Assembly: GCA_963719315.1 (NCBI GenBank)
Contig: CAVRBU010000002.1
Coordinates: forward strand, 992,001-1,056,000
DNA from: an uncultured Planctomycetota bacterium
Lineage (GTDB): Bacteria; Planctomycetota; Planctomycetia; Pirellulales; Lacipirellulaceae
DNA length: 64,000 bases
Reading direction: 5' to 3'
Under the pieces are notes generated by a model that was not told the DNA's origin, ran no database searches, and saw only the letters and a program-made list of their open reading frames with translations. Shown here piece after piece: positions 10,597 to 20,956 of the stretch (the stretch's first letter is position 1; each line of letters opens with the position of its first letter). The position numbers and the translations under genes were made by a program.

Positions 10597-10790
10597 CTAT
10601 TTGTCGATTAGCACGTCGGTCGATTTGACGACGGCAGTCACGGTGTCGCCCAGCTTCAGCCCCAGCCGTTCGGCCGACACGCGGGTGATCGCCGCCACGA
10701 CTTCGATCGCGCCGACGGCAACGACCACATCGGCCATCACGTTGCCGAGCTTGATTCCCTTGATCGTGAACTGATTGGCGCGGAAAGCAT
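10597..10790 (-). pseudogene. TOBE/Mop molybdate-binding protein, 1-nt frameshift near start
   Basis: MLSA/NQFTIKGIKLGNVMADVVVAVGAIEVVAAITRVSAERLGLKLGDTVTAVVKSTDVLIDK*; 194 nt, GGAG RBS. Confidence 0.8.
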
Positions 10791-10853
10791 GGGCGACTCC
10801 TGCTACCTCTGATTCCGTCCGGCCCTTGACTCTTAACCCTCGACTATTTCAGC

Positions 10854-10876
10854 AGCGGTTGGGGAGGGATTCGAAC
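10854..10876. repeat. att site: duplicated 3' end of tRNA-Ser
   Basis: AGCGGTTGGGGAGGGATTCGAAC identical to 52284-52306. Confidence 0.95.
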
Positions 10877-11076
10877 GGGTTTCTGTAACCAGTAGTCCCG
10901 CCAACAGTTTACAGCAATCGCCAATTCAAGGCGAAGCAGAATCCGAAGCAGTTTGCCATAATTCTAGTCCGATGGACGCCGACTTGGCGGCCGTGGTTGA
11001 TGCGTGGCCGTCGCTGCCCGAGGCGCTTAGGGCAGGCATCCTGGCGATGGTGCGGGCGGCCAGTGGCGGGACCTGA
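10855..11076 (+). other. Cryptic integrase 3' segment (in frame with int after excision); contains small ORF 10972-11076
   Basis: 73 stop-free codons from att core: AVGEGFERV...MDADLAAVVDAWPSLPEALRAGILAMVRAASGGT*. Confidence 0.7.
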
Positions 11077-11287
11077 ATTTACGCTCAAGCGCTCCCAATA
11101 TTCCCAGAATTGGTACTTGGCGGCGATGGTTCACCGGCGAGGCGTGCGGGAACAGCCGCCAAGGTAGGCACAGTTTGTTTTGGTTGTCCGAATTCAATAT
11201 TGCCGCCGTCTCCAGCACGTGTTCGCATTGGCTGGCATTTGGTACGCTTGGCCGAGTGACCGAGCATCTAACTGGCGGACCGAACTC

Positions 11288-11603
11288 GTGAATCCGATCA
11301 ATCGTGCCACTGTCGTGGTCCGACCAAAGGCGCCGTTCTTTGATTGGGCTCGTTCGCTCGAAGGCGGGTTGCCGGAAGCCACCGAAACGCGGACATCGGT
11401 CTATCTCGTCGAGGCTGGCGAGGACGAAAAGTCGACCCACATGCTTTGCCCCGCTCTTTAAGGAGCAATCGGAAGGCTGGCATCGGGACATCACCGACTG
11501 GCCGAAGCCTCGAACGATGGCCCTTTTCCGAGATTGGTTGGACGCCGAGGCTGTAGATCTGGCCTTTGATCTCTACGAAGGGCCGATCGAACACGACGAC
11601 TAG
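11288..11603 (+). pseudogene. Conserved hypothetical protein, frameshifted
   Basis: INRATVVVRPKAPFFDW...VYLV in one frame; EGWHRDITDWPKPRT..FRDW..DL in the next. Confidence 0.55.
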
Positions 11604-11880
11604 GGACGCAACGCCCGCGAAGGTCGCCGAGGCGGCGGGCGGGGGCGGCCGTTGGCAGGTTTAGCTGACCACGTGACGCGACGAACCTTTCCGGGGGCCC
11701 CACGGGGTCAGAAATCTGAACCACGCCCCGGCACCTTATCTGCCTTGGGTACCTGAGTTATTTAGCCCGAGGCGATCTGAAAAACGAATCTTACCTTTCG
11801 GCGGTACTTGCAGTGGATCGGCCCCCTCAGTGGGGCATTCAATCTTACCTTTCGCAGTAGTCGGTACCATGCAGAAGCTC

Positions 11881-12035
11881 AACCTTGCTGGTGAGTGTAG
11901 GGTGAACATCTTCCGTATCGAGGCTTCCCTTGAAAGGTGGGTTGGCCAGGATCACATCGAAGGCATCGCTCGCGTAGCGGGGGAATTTCTCCGGGAAGCT
12001 GTTAGAGAGAGTGTCTTGATAGTGGATACTTGGCA
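11881..12035 (-). pseudogene. hsdM: Type I R-M methyltransferase fragment A (inverted)
   Basis: YQDTLS...[15 protein letters not shown]...TLTSKV; cut at IS66 end 12036. Confidence 0.8.
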
Positions 12036-12270
12036 GTATCCGTCCCACCATCCACACCTTGACGCCTGTGCTAGCCTGAGGGTTTTCATGCCGGAACCTT
12101 GGAGTGCGAGCAATGGCGAAACGAGTGAGACTTCCGAAGGCGGAACGAGAATCATTCTGGCGGCGTCAGATCGATGACTGGGCCCAAGGCGGTCAGACGA
12201 TTTCCGGATTTTGTCGCGAACGCGGACTTACGGTGTCGGCATTTCATCTCTGGAAGCGCGAGCTGGGCCC
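12036..12270 (+). mobile_element. IS66 left-end remnant with truncated tnpA
   Basis: Begins GTATCCGTCCCACCATCCACACC; closely similar to reverse complement of ~32130-32366; [23 protein letters not shown]...FHLWKREL. Confidence 0.88.
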
Positions 12271-12345
12271 AAGACGAAGAAGACGGAGTTGTTGTTTCTG
12301 GTCCTCATGCTGCGGATGCTCAAGCTCGGAGGACGGTGCGCGGTA
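12271..12345 (+). pseudogene. hsdM: Type I R-M methyltransferase fragment B
   Basis: KTKKTELLFLVLMLRMLKLGGRCAV, the expected continuation of fragment A. Confidence 0.75.
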
Positions 12346-12431
12346 AGCCGAAACGCACGTTGCAGCACATGTCACGCCCAGGTATGACGCTTAGATCCCC
12401 AAAATACTTCTTCTGGAGGATCGTCAGCTTG

Positions 12432-14356
12432 GATTGCTGTGGGGAAAGTTCAGGTCCGCACCTTTACTTTCCCCGATTACGGAGAATCCAACATGTCGTA
12501 CCACGTCAGACGAACCGGCCGTGTGCAGCACAAAGCCAAGCCACGCAGGCAGTCGCTGCAAAAACCGAGTGGAATGATCAGTCCACGTGTCCAAAAAGTA
12601 GGTGGTGAACACTTTGCCATCGTCTGTGTCGATCCCGCCAAGCATCGATCGGAGTGGATGATGGCAGACTACTTTGGCAACCTGCTGATTGGACCTCAAA
12701 CCGTCGAGCACCAAAGCGTCTTCTTCAATGTGGCGGTGGAGATGATCCGACAAGCGCAACAGCGGCATGGTATCCAGGACACAATCGTCGTGGTTGAGCG
12801 AACGGGAAACTACTATCTTCCTCCCAAGCGAGCCTTCGCCAGAGCCGGATTCGAAACGCGTGTGGTCCATCCGTTCGCTACCAAGCAGTATCGAATGCCG
12901 GCCAATCCGGGCAACAAGACCGATGAAAACGACCTCTATGCACAACATCGTGCTGCGGTCGCCGGCTTTGGGCTGCGCGAGCTGGAATTGGAACCTCCTT
13001 ATCGAGATCTGCAGCTACGCGCACGCCATCGCCGCGACCTTGTTCAGAAGTCGGCCGCGCTGGCCTGCCAGATTCGCGACCACTTGCATCTGGCGATGCC
13101 TGGATATGCCGGGCTGTTCAGTGGCTTGTTTGAATCGCCTACAGCACTGCCGATCGCCGTCCACTGCGACTCACCTGCCAAACTGCTCCAACTTGGACGG
13201 AATGGCTTGAGCCGATATCTGAGCAAGAACAAGGTTCGCCACCAGCTGCGCACCATCGACAAAGTTCTCGCCTGGGCGACGCAAGCGACGGACGATCCCA
13301 TTCAAGACGGGCCGATGCACCATGCCATCTGGACCGATCTGTACGAGCTCTATCAGCATTTTCAACGGCAAATCGCTGCCTTGGAGCGACAACTTGCCGG
13401 CGACGTGGTGCAGACTCCTTACATTCGCCTGATGGCCATCGCCGGTATCAACGTCGTTTCGGCCGCCGAGTTAGCGGCAGAAATGGGACCCATTTCAGGG
13501 TACGCCAACGCGAACGCCATCACCGGTCGCGCGGGCTTGTTCCCGTCCCGTTATCAAAGCGATCAAACGGACAACGCCAATGGAGAGTTAATCCGCCAGG
13601 CCAATCGTCGGCTGCGCTGCGTGCTCATGGGAATCGCCGACAACCTGGCTTGTCACTGCAATTATTACCGCGGCCAGGCAGAAGTGGACATAGCCCGGGG
13701 CGTCGACAAGCGGGCCAGTCGCGTTAAGATCGCCAAGCGATTCAGCCGCTTGGCGCTGGCCTGTGTCGCCGGGGACGAGCCGATGCGCCATTCATGCTTT
13801 CAAAAGCCCGACTCTATACTGGACAAACTGCGTCGCTTTCATCAGGAGCATGAGACACCCATGGATGTCTTGTTGGCTGACCTGGAAGCCGCTGTTGGGC
13901 AACTACCCTATAACACTTGCAGCCATGAAGCGATAATCGTCGCGGACGTCCTGCAGCAGCACACGCGTCGCCGACAGGGCCCCAAGCCGATCGGTGACGT
14001 ATTGCCGGCTGTCTTGGCCTGCTTGAATATAAGAATCGCACAAGCAAATGAAAACAGGGAACGGTCCTGAACTCGTGTGAGGATTGACACCGCCTTCACG
14101 CCCTATGGCATTCCTGCCTTTTCAGGTGCATGGCGCTCTGTCGGATCACCACCGCCTGATACGGCAGTTCGGGGCCGTCCCTCTTATGCATTACCTGTAC
14201 GGCGATACGTGATCACCAAGACGACAGAGATAATCCTCTCGCGTGATTGAAGACCGAGACCTGCACGAACCTCAAAAAAACCACCTCGCCGGTGGACCGA
14301 TCGCCGTACGTCGCCGCACAAATTTAACCCAAGGACTTGAAATCCACATGGCAGTC
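12432..14356 (+). mobile_element. IS110 family element (IS1111-like layout), ends approximate
   Basis: Short 5' and ~285-bp 3' non-coding ends; imperfect IR GATTGCTGTGGGGA vs GACTGCCATGTGGA (10/14). Confidence 0.65.
12493..14070 (+). CDS. IS110 family DEDD recombinase/transposase
   Basis: VCVDPAK, VVERTGNY, KTDENDL; C-domain AGLFPSRYQS; GGAG RBS at 12481. Confidence 0.92.
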   Translation: MSYHVRRTGRVQHKAKPRRQSLQKPSGMISPRVQKVGGEHFAIVCVDPAKHRSEWMMADYFGNLLIGPQTVEHQSVFFNVAVEMIRQAQQRHGIQDTIVVVERTGNYYLPPKRAFARAGFETRVVHPFATKQYRMPANPGNKTDENDLYAQHRAAVAGFGLRELELEPPYRDLQLRARHRRDLVQKSAALACQIRDHLHLAMPGYAGLFSGLFESPTALPIAVHCDSPAKLLQLGRNGLSRYLSKNKVRHQLRTIDKVLAWATQATDDPIQDGPMHHAIWTDLYELYQHFQRQIAALERQLAGDVVQTPYIRLMAIAGINVVSAAELAAEMGPISGYANANAITGRAGLFPSRYQSDQTDNANGELIRQANRRLRCVLMGIADNLACHCNYYRGQAEVDIARGVDKRASRVKIAKRFSRLALACVAGDEPMRHSCFQKPDSILDKLRRFHQEHETPMDVLLADLEAAVGQLPYNTCSHEAIIVADVLQQHTRRRQGPKPIGDVLPAVLACLNIRIAQANENRERS

Positions 14357-14701
14357 ACCTTACGCACATCGGGGGGCTAAAAGGTGTGGGAGCCAACGCG
14401 GTCCGCCCCGAAAAAGGCGGCGGCTCCCGGCTCACTGTAAATCGGCGTCGGCGTGTCGCACCAAAGCTGGTTAGAACTACGAGGGGCTGCAATCATGAAG
14501 GCCTTGAAATCCGAGCGCCAAAAGCGACTGACTCGTAGTCAGATGCTTCAACGGTTACGGCGCAAGCAGCCTTCATTAACGATCGAAACTCGATTCGTGC
14601 GATCCCCGCGCCACCGGTTCCAAACGCCCTCAACACTTCTAAAAGCGTTCTCAGGGCCGGGTTGAATTACATGGGGGCAAAAAAATCACAAGACCAACCG
14701 G

Positions 14702-15919
14702 TCATTTGTTGGCTTTAGGAATGAGCTTGAGAAGCACACCTTGACCCGGCGCCAACCAACATTGTTCGCCTTCGTAAGGCACTAGCGCCCCGCTATAGGC
14801 GGAAACCAGCTCCAGCCGGGCGATCGGCTGGCGAAACTTGGGGTGACAGGGCACCGACCCTGCAACGTCCTTGTTGACAACCATGATGTAGCGGTCGCCA
14901 TTCTCGTGCGTGAAATCGCCCACCAACATCGGACCGCCGATTGACTCCACGAGGCTCTTGTCGTCCGGTCCGGTGCAGCCAGTCGGAACCGCGCTGAAGT
15001 GATAGACCCGATCGGACTTCAGTTTAAGCAGCGTGGGGGCCAGCTTGCCAATCTGAAGATTGACTTGTCGCATGGTTTGCCACATCGGATTCTCGTTACC
15101 GAATTGGTCGATCGGGCCGCCGCGAAAGTTGCCCACGGCGGGCGTGAAGTACTTGAAGTACGCGATTCCGCGGGCGCCGTACGCGAGCGACGTGTACACC
15201 TGAAGCCGCATGTCGACAGGTGTGGGCTCGCGGTAATTCAGGCAGCCGAGAGAAAGGACGATTTGCCAGAACGGCAGGTCATGCTTGACGGCAGCGCGGC
15301 GAATCGATTCGAGATTCCCGAAGTATTCTCCGCGTAATCCGCCGCCCTCGAAAATTGCATAGTGATCGTAACTCAGGACAGGCGGCTGACATTCCTTGAC
15401 GAACTTCTCGACGTACTCGTCGTAGGTTGCCGTACCCAATTGGCCGGCGTCCGCGTAATTGGGGAAGAGATTGATGTACGGCCAGACTCCCGGATGGAGC
15501 TCCTTCACAACGCTGCTGACCGTGGCCAGACCGGGAAAGAATCTCGCGCTGGGTTCGTCTCGCAAATAGTACCCGAACACGGCCGGATGATTGCGGACCT
15601 CGTTGATGAGCTCCGTCACACGGGCGCGTGCAATCTTGGAATCCACCCTCGGCCAGTCGTAGCCGCTGGTCCGCGGGTCGGAAACAATGGCTTTCAGGCC
15701 GGCAGCGTAACAGGCGTCCAGGGCGGCGGGGGGTACAAAACCTGCCACCGTGAAGCCGCAATCATGCATCTTCTTGAATACGGCCGGGTCGTTGGGCGGG
15801 CCGTCCCACGCCATGACTGGGAAAAAGTCGGTCGGTTCAGCTGCTAAGCCCATCGCGGGCAACATTTGTAGAAGTAGAATCAGAAAAGCGAGTCGAAATG
15901 TGAGTCGTCTGTAGTCCAT
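14702..15919 (-). CDS. Secreted glycoside-hydrolase-like (TIM-barrel) protein
   Basis: Signal peptide; HPAVFGYYLRDEP, YINLFP, LSYDHY, SLAYGARGIAYF. Confidence 0.65.
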   Translation of the reverse strand: MDYRRLTFRLAFLILLLQMLPAMGLAAEPTDFFPVMAWDGPPNDPAVFKKMHDCGFTVAGFVPPAALDACYAAGLKAIVSDPRTSGYDWPRVDSKIARARVTELINEVRNHPAVFGYYLRDEPSARFFPGLATVSSVVKELHPGVWPYINLFPNYADAGQLGTATYDEYVEKFVKECQPPVLSYDHYAIFEGGGLRGEYFGNLESIRRAAVKHDLPFWQIVLSLGCLNYREPTPVDMRLQVYTSLAYGARGIAYFKYFTPAVGNFRGGPIDQFGNENPMWQTMRQVNLQIGKLAPTLLKLKSDRVYHFSAVPTGCTGPDDKSLVESIGGPMLVGDFTHENGDRYIMVVNKDVAGSVPCHPKFRQPIARLELVSAYSGALVPYEGEQCWLAPGQGVLLKLIPKANK

Positions 15920-16173
15920 GGGTCAGTTCGCCTGGGCAGGTTGAATTGTCGGGGTGATTTATCGAGAATGGCAGCGAGGGCAAGTATAGTTGAGAATTCG
16001 GCATGCGGTACAAGCTCTACCGCCGGCGGCGCCTGCCACAAACCTTTAAGAGCAGGCAGGTTACGACGCAGCACAAGAATCCGTGCAAAAATTCGCGTTC
16101 TAAGGCTGTGTTCTTATGAATGGGTGTAATCTTATCTGAAGTCCGGGCGGTCTGTTCCGGGAGCAAGCTTTGA

Positions 16174-16734
16174 ATGAGGTTGGCCATGCCCTCCGATGCG
16201 CATATCAACGTGCCTTCCGATCCCGATCGGGAGGAGTTTGCGCTTCAGTTTTCGCGCAACGCACGCCGGATTTACGGCTTCGTTATGACGCTGGTCTTCA
16301 ATTACCACGACGCCGAAGAGGTGTTTCAAAACACCAGCGTAGTCTTATGGAATAAGTTTGCGGACTTCGAGCCGGGCAGCGATTTTTTTGCCTGGGCCAG
16401 TCACGTAGCCTACTACGAAGTGCTGAACCTGATGAAGCAGCGTCGCCGCTCACGAACCTTTAGCGATGAAGCGCTCGAGGTGCTCGCCAGCGAAGCCACG
16501 GCTATTTCGGACCGCTCGTCCGAGCGCTATGAAGCGCTCGAAGAGTGTCTGGGCCGCTTGGCACCAACGGATCGGGCACTCTTGCAGGAGCGTTACTTTT
16601 ATCAGCGTCCCCCCAAGCAAATAGCCACGATGCAGTCGCGTTCGATTCATTCGGTCTACCGCGCCCTCAATCGCATTCATGCCTTGTTGCTCAATTGCGT
16701 TCAGCGTAATTTGTCGCGGGAGGAGTTGACGTGA
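16174..16734 (+). CDS. ECF sigma-70 factor (Rhodopirellula/Verrucomicrobium type)
   Basis: DAEEVFQNTSVVLWNKF..F.PGSDFFAWA; C-terminal HTH, L.RI...L..CV. Confidence 0.93.
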   Translation: MRLAMPSDAHINVPSDPDREEFALQFSRNARRIYGFVMTLVFNYHDAEEVFQNTSVVLWNKFADFEPGSDFFAWASHVAYYEVLNLMKQRRRSRTFSDEALEVLASEATAISDRSSERYEALEECLGRLAPTDRALLQERYFYQRPPKQIATMQSRSIHSVYRALNRIHALLLNCVQRNLSREELT

Positions 16735-18461
16735 AAACTCAATCCGCCCGCGAGCGCGAAGTAGGCGAGCTGGTCATCGCCGCCAATTGCGGTGAGGTGA
16801 CCGATGAACAGCTCGCACGGATGGATGACCTCATTCGCAGCGATCGTTCGTTGGCCAACTTCGCCGCCCGCCTGCTCGATCAGCAGGCAGCGCTTGCCTG
16901 GCATGGTTCGTTGCGCGGCGAAACGGGCCAAACTTCGGTCTGTGAGCTTTTTGCTGCCGATTTGGCGCTGGATGCGGGCGAGGGCATCGATGGGCGTGCC
17001 GACGGTGTTACGGCGGCCCGTCACCGCTGGATGTGGCCCACGATTGCGGTCGGTATTAGCTTTGTCCTGGGCGGCCTGACCGCGGCGACCATGTACCGCG
17101 CGATGTCGGCTAATGTTGCTGTTGCTGTCCCGCAAATCGCCTCGCTGGTGGGCTATCCGCCCACCGGCCAGCCCGACTATGAAGCGCGGCTCATACACAG
17201 CACGGCTTGCCTCTGGGAAGGAAGCTCGATGAATTCGCTGGCGGTTGGCAGCGGACTATCGAGCGGCGAATCCTTGCATCTCCTGGAAGGCCTGGCTGAG
17301 TTCACCTTGACCTGGTTCGGTCAGGGCCGCGCAACGCTCTCGCTCGAAGGACCAGCGGCGATGATGCTCACCTCGGAAGGCATGCCAACGCTCCGATTTG
17401 GCCGCCTCAGCGCCACGATCAACGCATCCTCGCAACCCTTCGTGCTCGAAACGCCCGTGGGGCGACTGTCCCTGGCGGAGTACGGCTCGATCGGCGTGTC
17501 GGCCTACGGCAATGAGGGCGAGATTCACGTATTCAACGGCGCGGCCACTTTCGAACCCGCCTGGCGCTCGCCCGATCAAACGATGCCTCTCAAGATCGAG
17601 GCCGGCCAATCAATTCGCATTCAAACCGGAAACAACGGCGAACCGAAGATAACCTGGCACTCCGCCGACGCGGAGTACTTTGCCGCCCAGGTTTCCATGA
17701 ACTCCGATGGCCTGGCCATCCCGCCGGCTTACGTAAAGGCGGTCAAGAAATCCCAACCGATCGGCTACTGGCGGTTTGAACACGATGATTGGCCGAATGT
17801 GCCGAACGAAGTGCCGGGTGGGCTGGCCTGCCATGTAAACGGAACGCTTGGCCGGACAGCGTTTCAGGGCAATCAAGCGATCGAATTCGGCGTCAGCGGC
17901 GAGGGGGGTGAGATCGTCTCCGACGAGCTGGTCAGCGACTCGATCCGCGACGGGTATTCGGTCGAGTTTTGGATCAAGCCCAGCCACTTTCATTTGGGCA
18001 GCGTGGTGTCGCTGGTCGGCGACACGCCCATGCCGAGCGGCAAATTGGCGCACGGCATGCTCGTCGAATTGGGTGGAACGGGCAAAATACCCACGGCCAT
18101 TAATCACCCCGGCTGCATCCGGTTTTTGCATCGCAGCCCTGCCCGCGACGTGGCGGGCACTTCCTGCTACTCGAAGGTGCCCTACACGCTGCGGAAATGG
18201 CAACACATCGTGGCCACCAAAGATGGAGTCGCCATGCGGCTCTATATTAACGGCATGCTTGTCGGCGAGGGGGAGGATTCCAGCCCGGTGCCCTCTGGAC
18301 TGCGACTTTTAGTCGGAAGCTTGTATCCATCCAGCGGCGAACGGCCTTTTAACGGGCAACTTGATGAATTGGCGCTCTATAATCGGGCTTTGACGGAACA
18401 AGAGATCGTTCATCATTATCAGCTTGTTCGCCCTAAGACGGCCGGCGAACCGACTATCTAA
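16731..18461 (+). CDS. FecR-like anti-sigma factor with C-terminal LamG domain
   Basis: GTGA overlap with sigma; one TM; LEGLAE..LEGPA..VLETP..HVFNG; IGYWRF...WQHIV...LYING...GQLDELALYNRAL. Confidence 0.85.
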   Translation: MKTQSAREREVGELVIAANCGEVTDEQLARMDDLIRSDRSLANFAARLLDQQAALAWHGSLRGETGQTSVCELFAADLALDAGEGIDGRADGVTAARHRWMWPTIAVGISFVLGGLTAATMYRAMSANVAVAVPQIASLVGYPPTGQPDYEARLIHSTACLWEGSSMNSLAVGSGLSSGESLHLLEGLAEFTLTWFGQGRATLSLEGPAAMMLTSEGMPTLRFGRLSATINASSQPFVLETPVGRLSLAEYGSIGVSAYGNEGEIHVFNGAATFEPAWRSPDQTMPLKIEAGQSIRIQTGNNGEPKITWHSADAEYFAAQVSMNSDGLAIPPAYVKAVKKSQPIGYWRFEHDDWPNVPNEVPGGLACHVNGTLGRTAFQGNQAIEFGVSGEGGEIVSDELVSDSIRDGYSVEFWIKPSHFHLGSVVSLVGDTPMPSGKLAHGMLVELGGTGKIPTAINHPGCIRFLHRSPARDVAGTSCYSKVPYTLRKWQHIVATKDGVAMRLYINGMLVGEGEDSSPVPSGLRLLVGSLYPSSGERPFNGQLDELALYNRALTEQEIVHHYQLVRPKTAGEPTI

Positions 18462-18481
18462 TCTAATCCAACGGAGTCACT

Positions 18482-19558
18482 ATGTCCGTCCAAAGTGCGA
18501 TGTGCGGAAAGGCAGACGGAAAGTTGCCGTCGCCACGGCATACGTGCCGACCGATCGCGGGCTTTACCCTGGTGGAGCTGCTGGTCGTAATTGCGATCAT
18601 TGGAATCCTCGTGGCGCTCCTGCTGCCCGCGATTCAAGCCGTGCGCGAAGCGGCGCGGCGGGCTCAGTGTACGAACAATTTGCGCCAGGTTGGTCTCGCG
18701 AATCTTAATTATGAAAACTCGCACAAGTCGCTGCCTCCCGGTTCCGGTTGGGGCCGCACCGACCCCAAGGAGTTTCGCGGAACCTGGGTCGTTCCAATCT
18801 TGCCGTATTTGGAAGAGGAGGCGGTCGCCAGCCGATACGACTCCACGAAGTATCCCAGCGATCTCGTGAATGCGACGCTTGCCGCCACGCTCATCATTCA
18901 AACCCTGATTTGTCCGAGCGACGAGCTTTCTTCCACGCCGATTCTCACCGGTCGGCGCTCGGGGCAGACCAACCCGCCCACGTGCCAGGGACTGTGGTAC
19001 ACGGGCTCAATGGGTCCGACGATACCCGATTATTGTTCCCCCTCCTTTGGCTCCATTGGACCGACTTATAAGCTGTTTTGCATCGGCTGCGGATTTGGCA
19101 CGCTGAATTATGATCCTGCTAAAGGCGATACGCCGAGGGGACCTTGCTCGCTCGCGCAACCAAATCCCACGACCAACCTGAATACCTGCGCCGGAATGAT
19201 TTGTCGCCGGCATATCGGGACGAAATTCAAATCCGTCACGGATGGATTGTCCAACACGTTCATGATCGGCGAAACGCTGCCCGGGCATTGGATCTGGAAT
19301 TGCATCTTTTGCGACAACTTTCCCGTCTCGTCCACCCATATCCCGTTAAACACCATGGAACAGCGACCCGATGCCACGCACCCAGCGGGGGATGTCGACT
19401 ATTGGCTGACGAGCGGTTTCAAAAGCATGCATCCGGGCGGCGCCAGCTTCGTCATGGCCGACGGCAGCGTACAGTTCATCCAAGAGTCCATCGATTATGT
19501 TGTCTACAACGTTCTGGGCGGCAGGGCCGACGGAGAAACTGCCTCCGGTGCGTTTTAA
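18482..19558 (+). CDS. DUF1559 prepilin-type protein
   Basis: [54 protein letters not shown] (H-X9-DG). Confidence 0.96.
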   Translation: MSVQSAMCGKADGKLPSPRHTCRPIAGFTLVELLVVIAIIGILVALLLPAIQAVREAARRAQCTNNLRQVGLANLNYENSHKSLPPGSGWGRTDPKEFRGTWVVPILPYLEEEAVASRYDSTKYPSDLVNATLAATLIIQTLICPSDELSSTPILTGRRSGQTNPPTCQGLWYTGSMGPTIPDYCSPSFGSIGPTYKLFCIGCGFGTLNYDPAKGDTPRGPCSLAQPNPTTNLNTCAGMICRRHIGTKFKSVTDGLSNTFMIGETLPGHWIWNCIFCDNFPVSSTHIPLNTMEQRPDATHPAGDVDYWLTSGFKSMHPGGASFVMADGSVQFIQESIDYVVYNVLGGRADGETASGAF

Positions 19559-19589
19559 CGGTACTCGTTCTTCCAAATTGAATTCATCG

Positions 19590-20030
19590 ATGCGAATTGT
19601 TTTCCATACTCGAATCTGTTGTTTTCTGACGCTGGCATTGCTCGGTGCGAGTGCCGGGTGTGGCAACAATGGGTTGCCGCTCGTACCGGTACACGGAAAG
19701 GTAACGTTTGCCGGGAACCCGCCGCCCATGGCGGGGATGATCACGTTCATGCCCATCGCAGTTGCCGAGGGCCTGCCACGCCGCCCCGGCCGTGCGCATT
19801 TCGACGAGCAAGGCGCTTTTCAAGTCACGTCCTTTAAGGACAACGACGGACTGATTCCGGGAAATTATCAGCCGAGCATCACCTGCTGGATGAAACAGCC
19901 CACCAGCAACGATCCAACTTCATTCGAAAGATACAACTACGTCCCGAAGGGCTTTCAGGCCTCGGAGGTAAAGGTGGAACAGGACGCTGGCTCCGTGGAG
20001 GTCACGATTGACGTACCTAAAAAGAAATAA
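19590..20030 (+). CDS. DUF1559-associated lipoprotein (carboxypeptidase regulatory-like)
   Basis: Lipobox SAGC; VPVHGKVTFAG; DGLIPGNY. Confidence 0.85.
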   Translation: MRIVFHTRICCFLTLALLGASAGCGNNGLPLVPVHGKVTFAGNPPPMAGMITFMPIAVAEGLPRRPGRAHFDEQGAFQVTSFKDNDGLIPGNYQPSITCWMKQPTSNDPTSFERYNYVPKGFQASEVKVEQDAGSVEVTIDVPKKK

Positions 20031-20161
20031 GAAGAAACTGGCGAAAATTGGGCAATTTTTCACCAGTCGGGTATACTAGAAACTTGGATAAATTGCCTAC
20101 GAAACTTTAGTGAGGGTTGCTAACGAACTGCTTTCTTGTCACCACTCAGGAGTACTGGCTA

Positions 20162-20932
20162 ATGAAACGACATCTTGTTACTGCTGCTGTTGTTATTGGT
20201 TTCTGTTTGTGGGGGTCTTCGCTGTTCGCTGCGCTATTGGCGGTGGACATCAATGACCGAACGGTCGCTGATTCACTTGTGAACACACCCGCTGGTTTTG
20301 AGTCCTGGGTGATCAACACGGGAACGACTGGCTCCGCTACAACGGCGACTCAGACGTTGGCAAGCGGTTACACATTGAGTTTCGACATTTTTGATGATCA
20401 CGACCCAAATGACGGCGGTGCGGCAGGCGATAGCCCGGGCGCGTTCGATGACCGAGATCGTGTCGTGCCGACCACCTCGCCAACACTCGATCAGCTTTAT
20501 GACGATTTCATCTTCGCCGGCGGCAGCGCCGGGCCCACGGGGGGACTGGATATGACGATCGGCGGCGGAGCATTGCTACCTAATACGTCGTATCGGGTCT
20601 CCATCTATTCCTATGACGGCATTGACGCCAACATGGCGTCGGCAACGCCCGTGCGCACCGCCGATTGGCTCGACGGAAACAATTCGGACGCCCTGGTTTT
20701 ATCGACGAATTTCACGATTAACATGCCACCCACGACCGACAACCAATACAAGTTCACGGGCGTCGCGATGACCGACGCCTCGGGCATTTTACTTCTCAAG
20801 GGCCGGCGCACGACGGCTGCGGACGTGAGTGTGTACGTCAACGGCGTGGAAGTCGACGCGATTCCGGAGCCCTCGTCGATCGCCTTGTTGTTTGTCGCTT
20901 TCGGCCTTTTACCCTTGCGAAAGCGCCGCTGA
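20162..20932 (+). CDS. PEP-CTERM sorting domain protein
   Basis: Signal peptide; IPEPSS-TM-RKRR. Confidence 0.9.
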   Translation: MKRHLVTAAVVIGFCLWGSSLFAALLAVDINDRTVADSLVNTPAGFESWVINTGTTGSATTATQTLASGYTLSFDIFDDHDPNDGGAAGDSPGAFDDRDRVVPTTSPTLDQLYDDFIFAGGSAGPTGGLDMTIGGGALLPNTSYRVSIYSYDGIDANMASATPVRTADWLDGNNSDALVLSTNFTINMPPTTDNQYKFTGVAMTDASGILLLKGRRTTAADVSVYVNGVEVDAIPEPSSIALLFVAFGLLPLRKRR

Positions 20933-20956
20933 AATCGATGGGAGCGCACCGGAAAT

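Noticed and set aside
11690..11735. Possible cos/packaging-like GC-rich motif
   Set aside because: Only vague resemblance; no terminase or HNH gene nearby
11787..11854. 14-bp direct repeat AATCTTACCTTTCG (11787, 11841)
   Set aside because: Real, but only two copies with no assignable function; a recombination-site role is unsupported
12343..14363. GTAAG...CTTAC as ends of another IS66-type element
   Set aside because: Only 5 bp of IR and no target duplication
14388..14428. Hairpin GGGAGCC...GGCTCCC as a riboswitch
   Set aside because: No match to a riboswitch consensus I recognise and no convincing downstream gene
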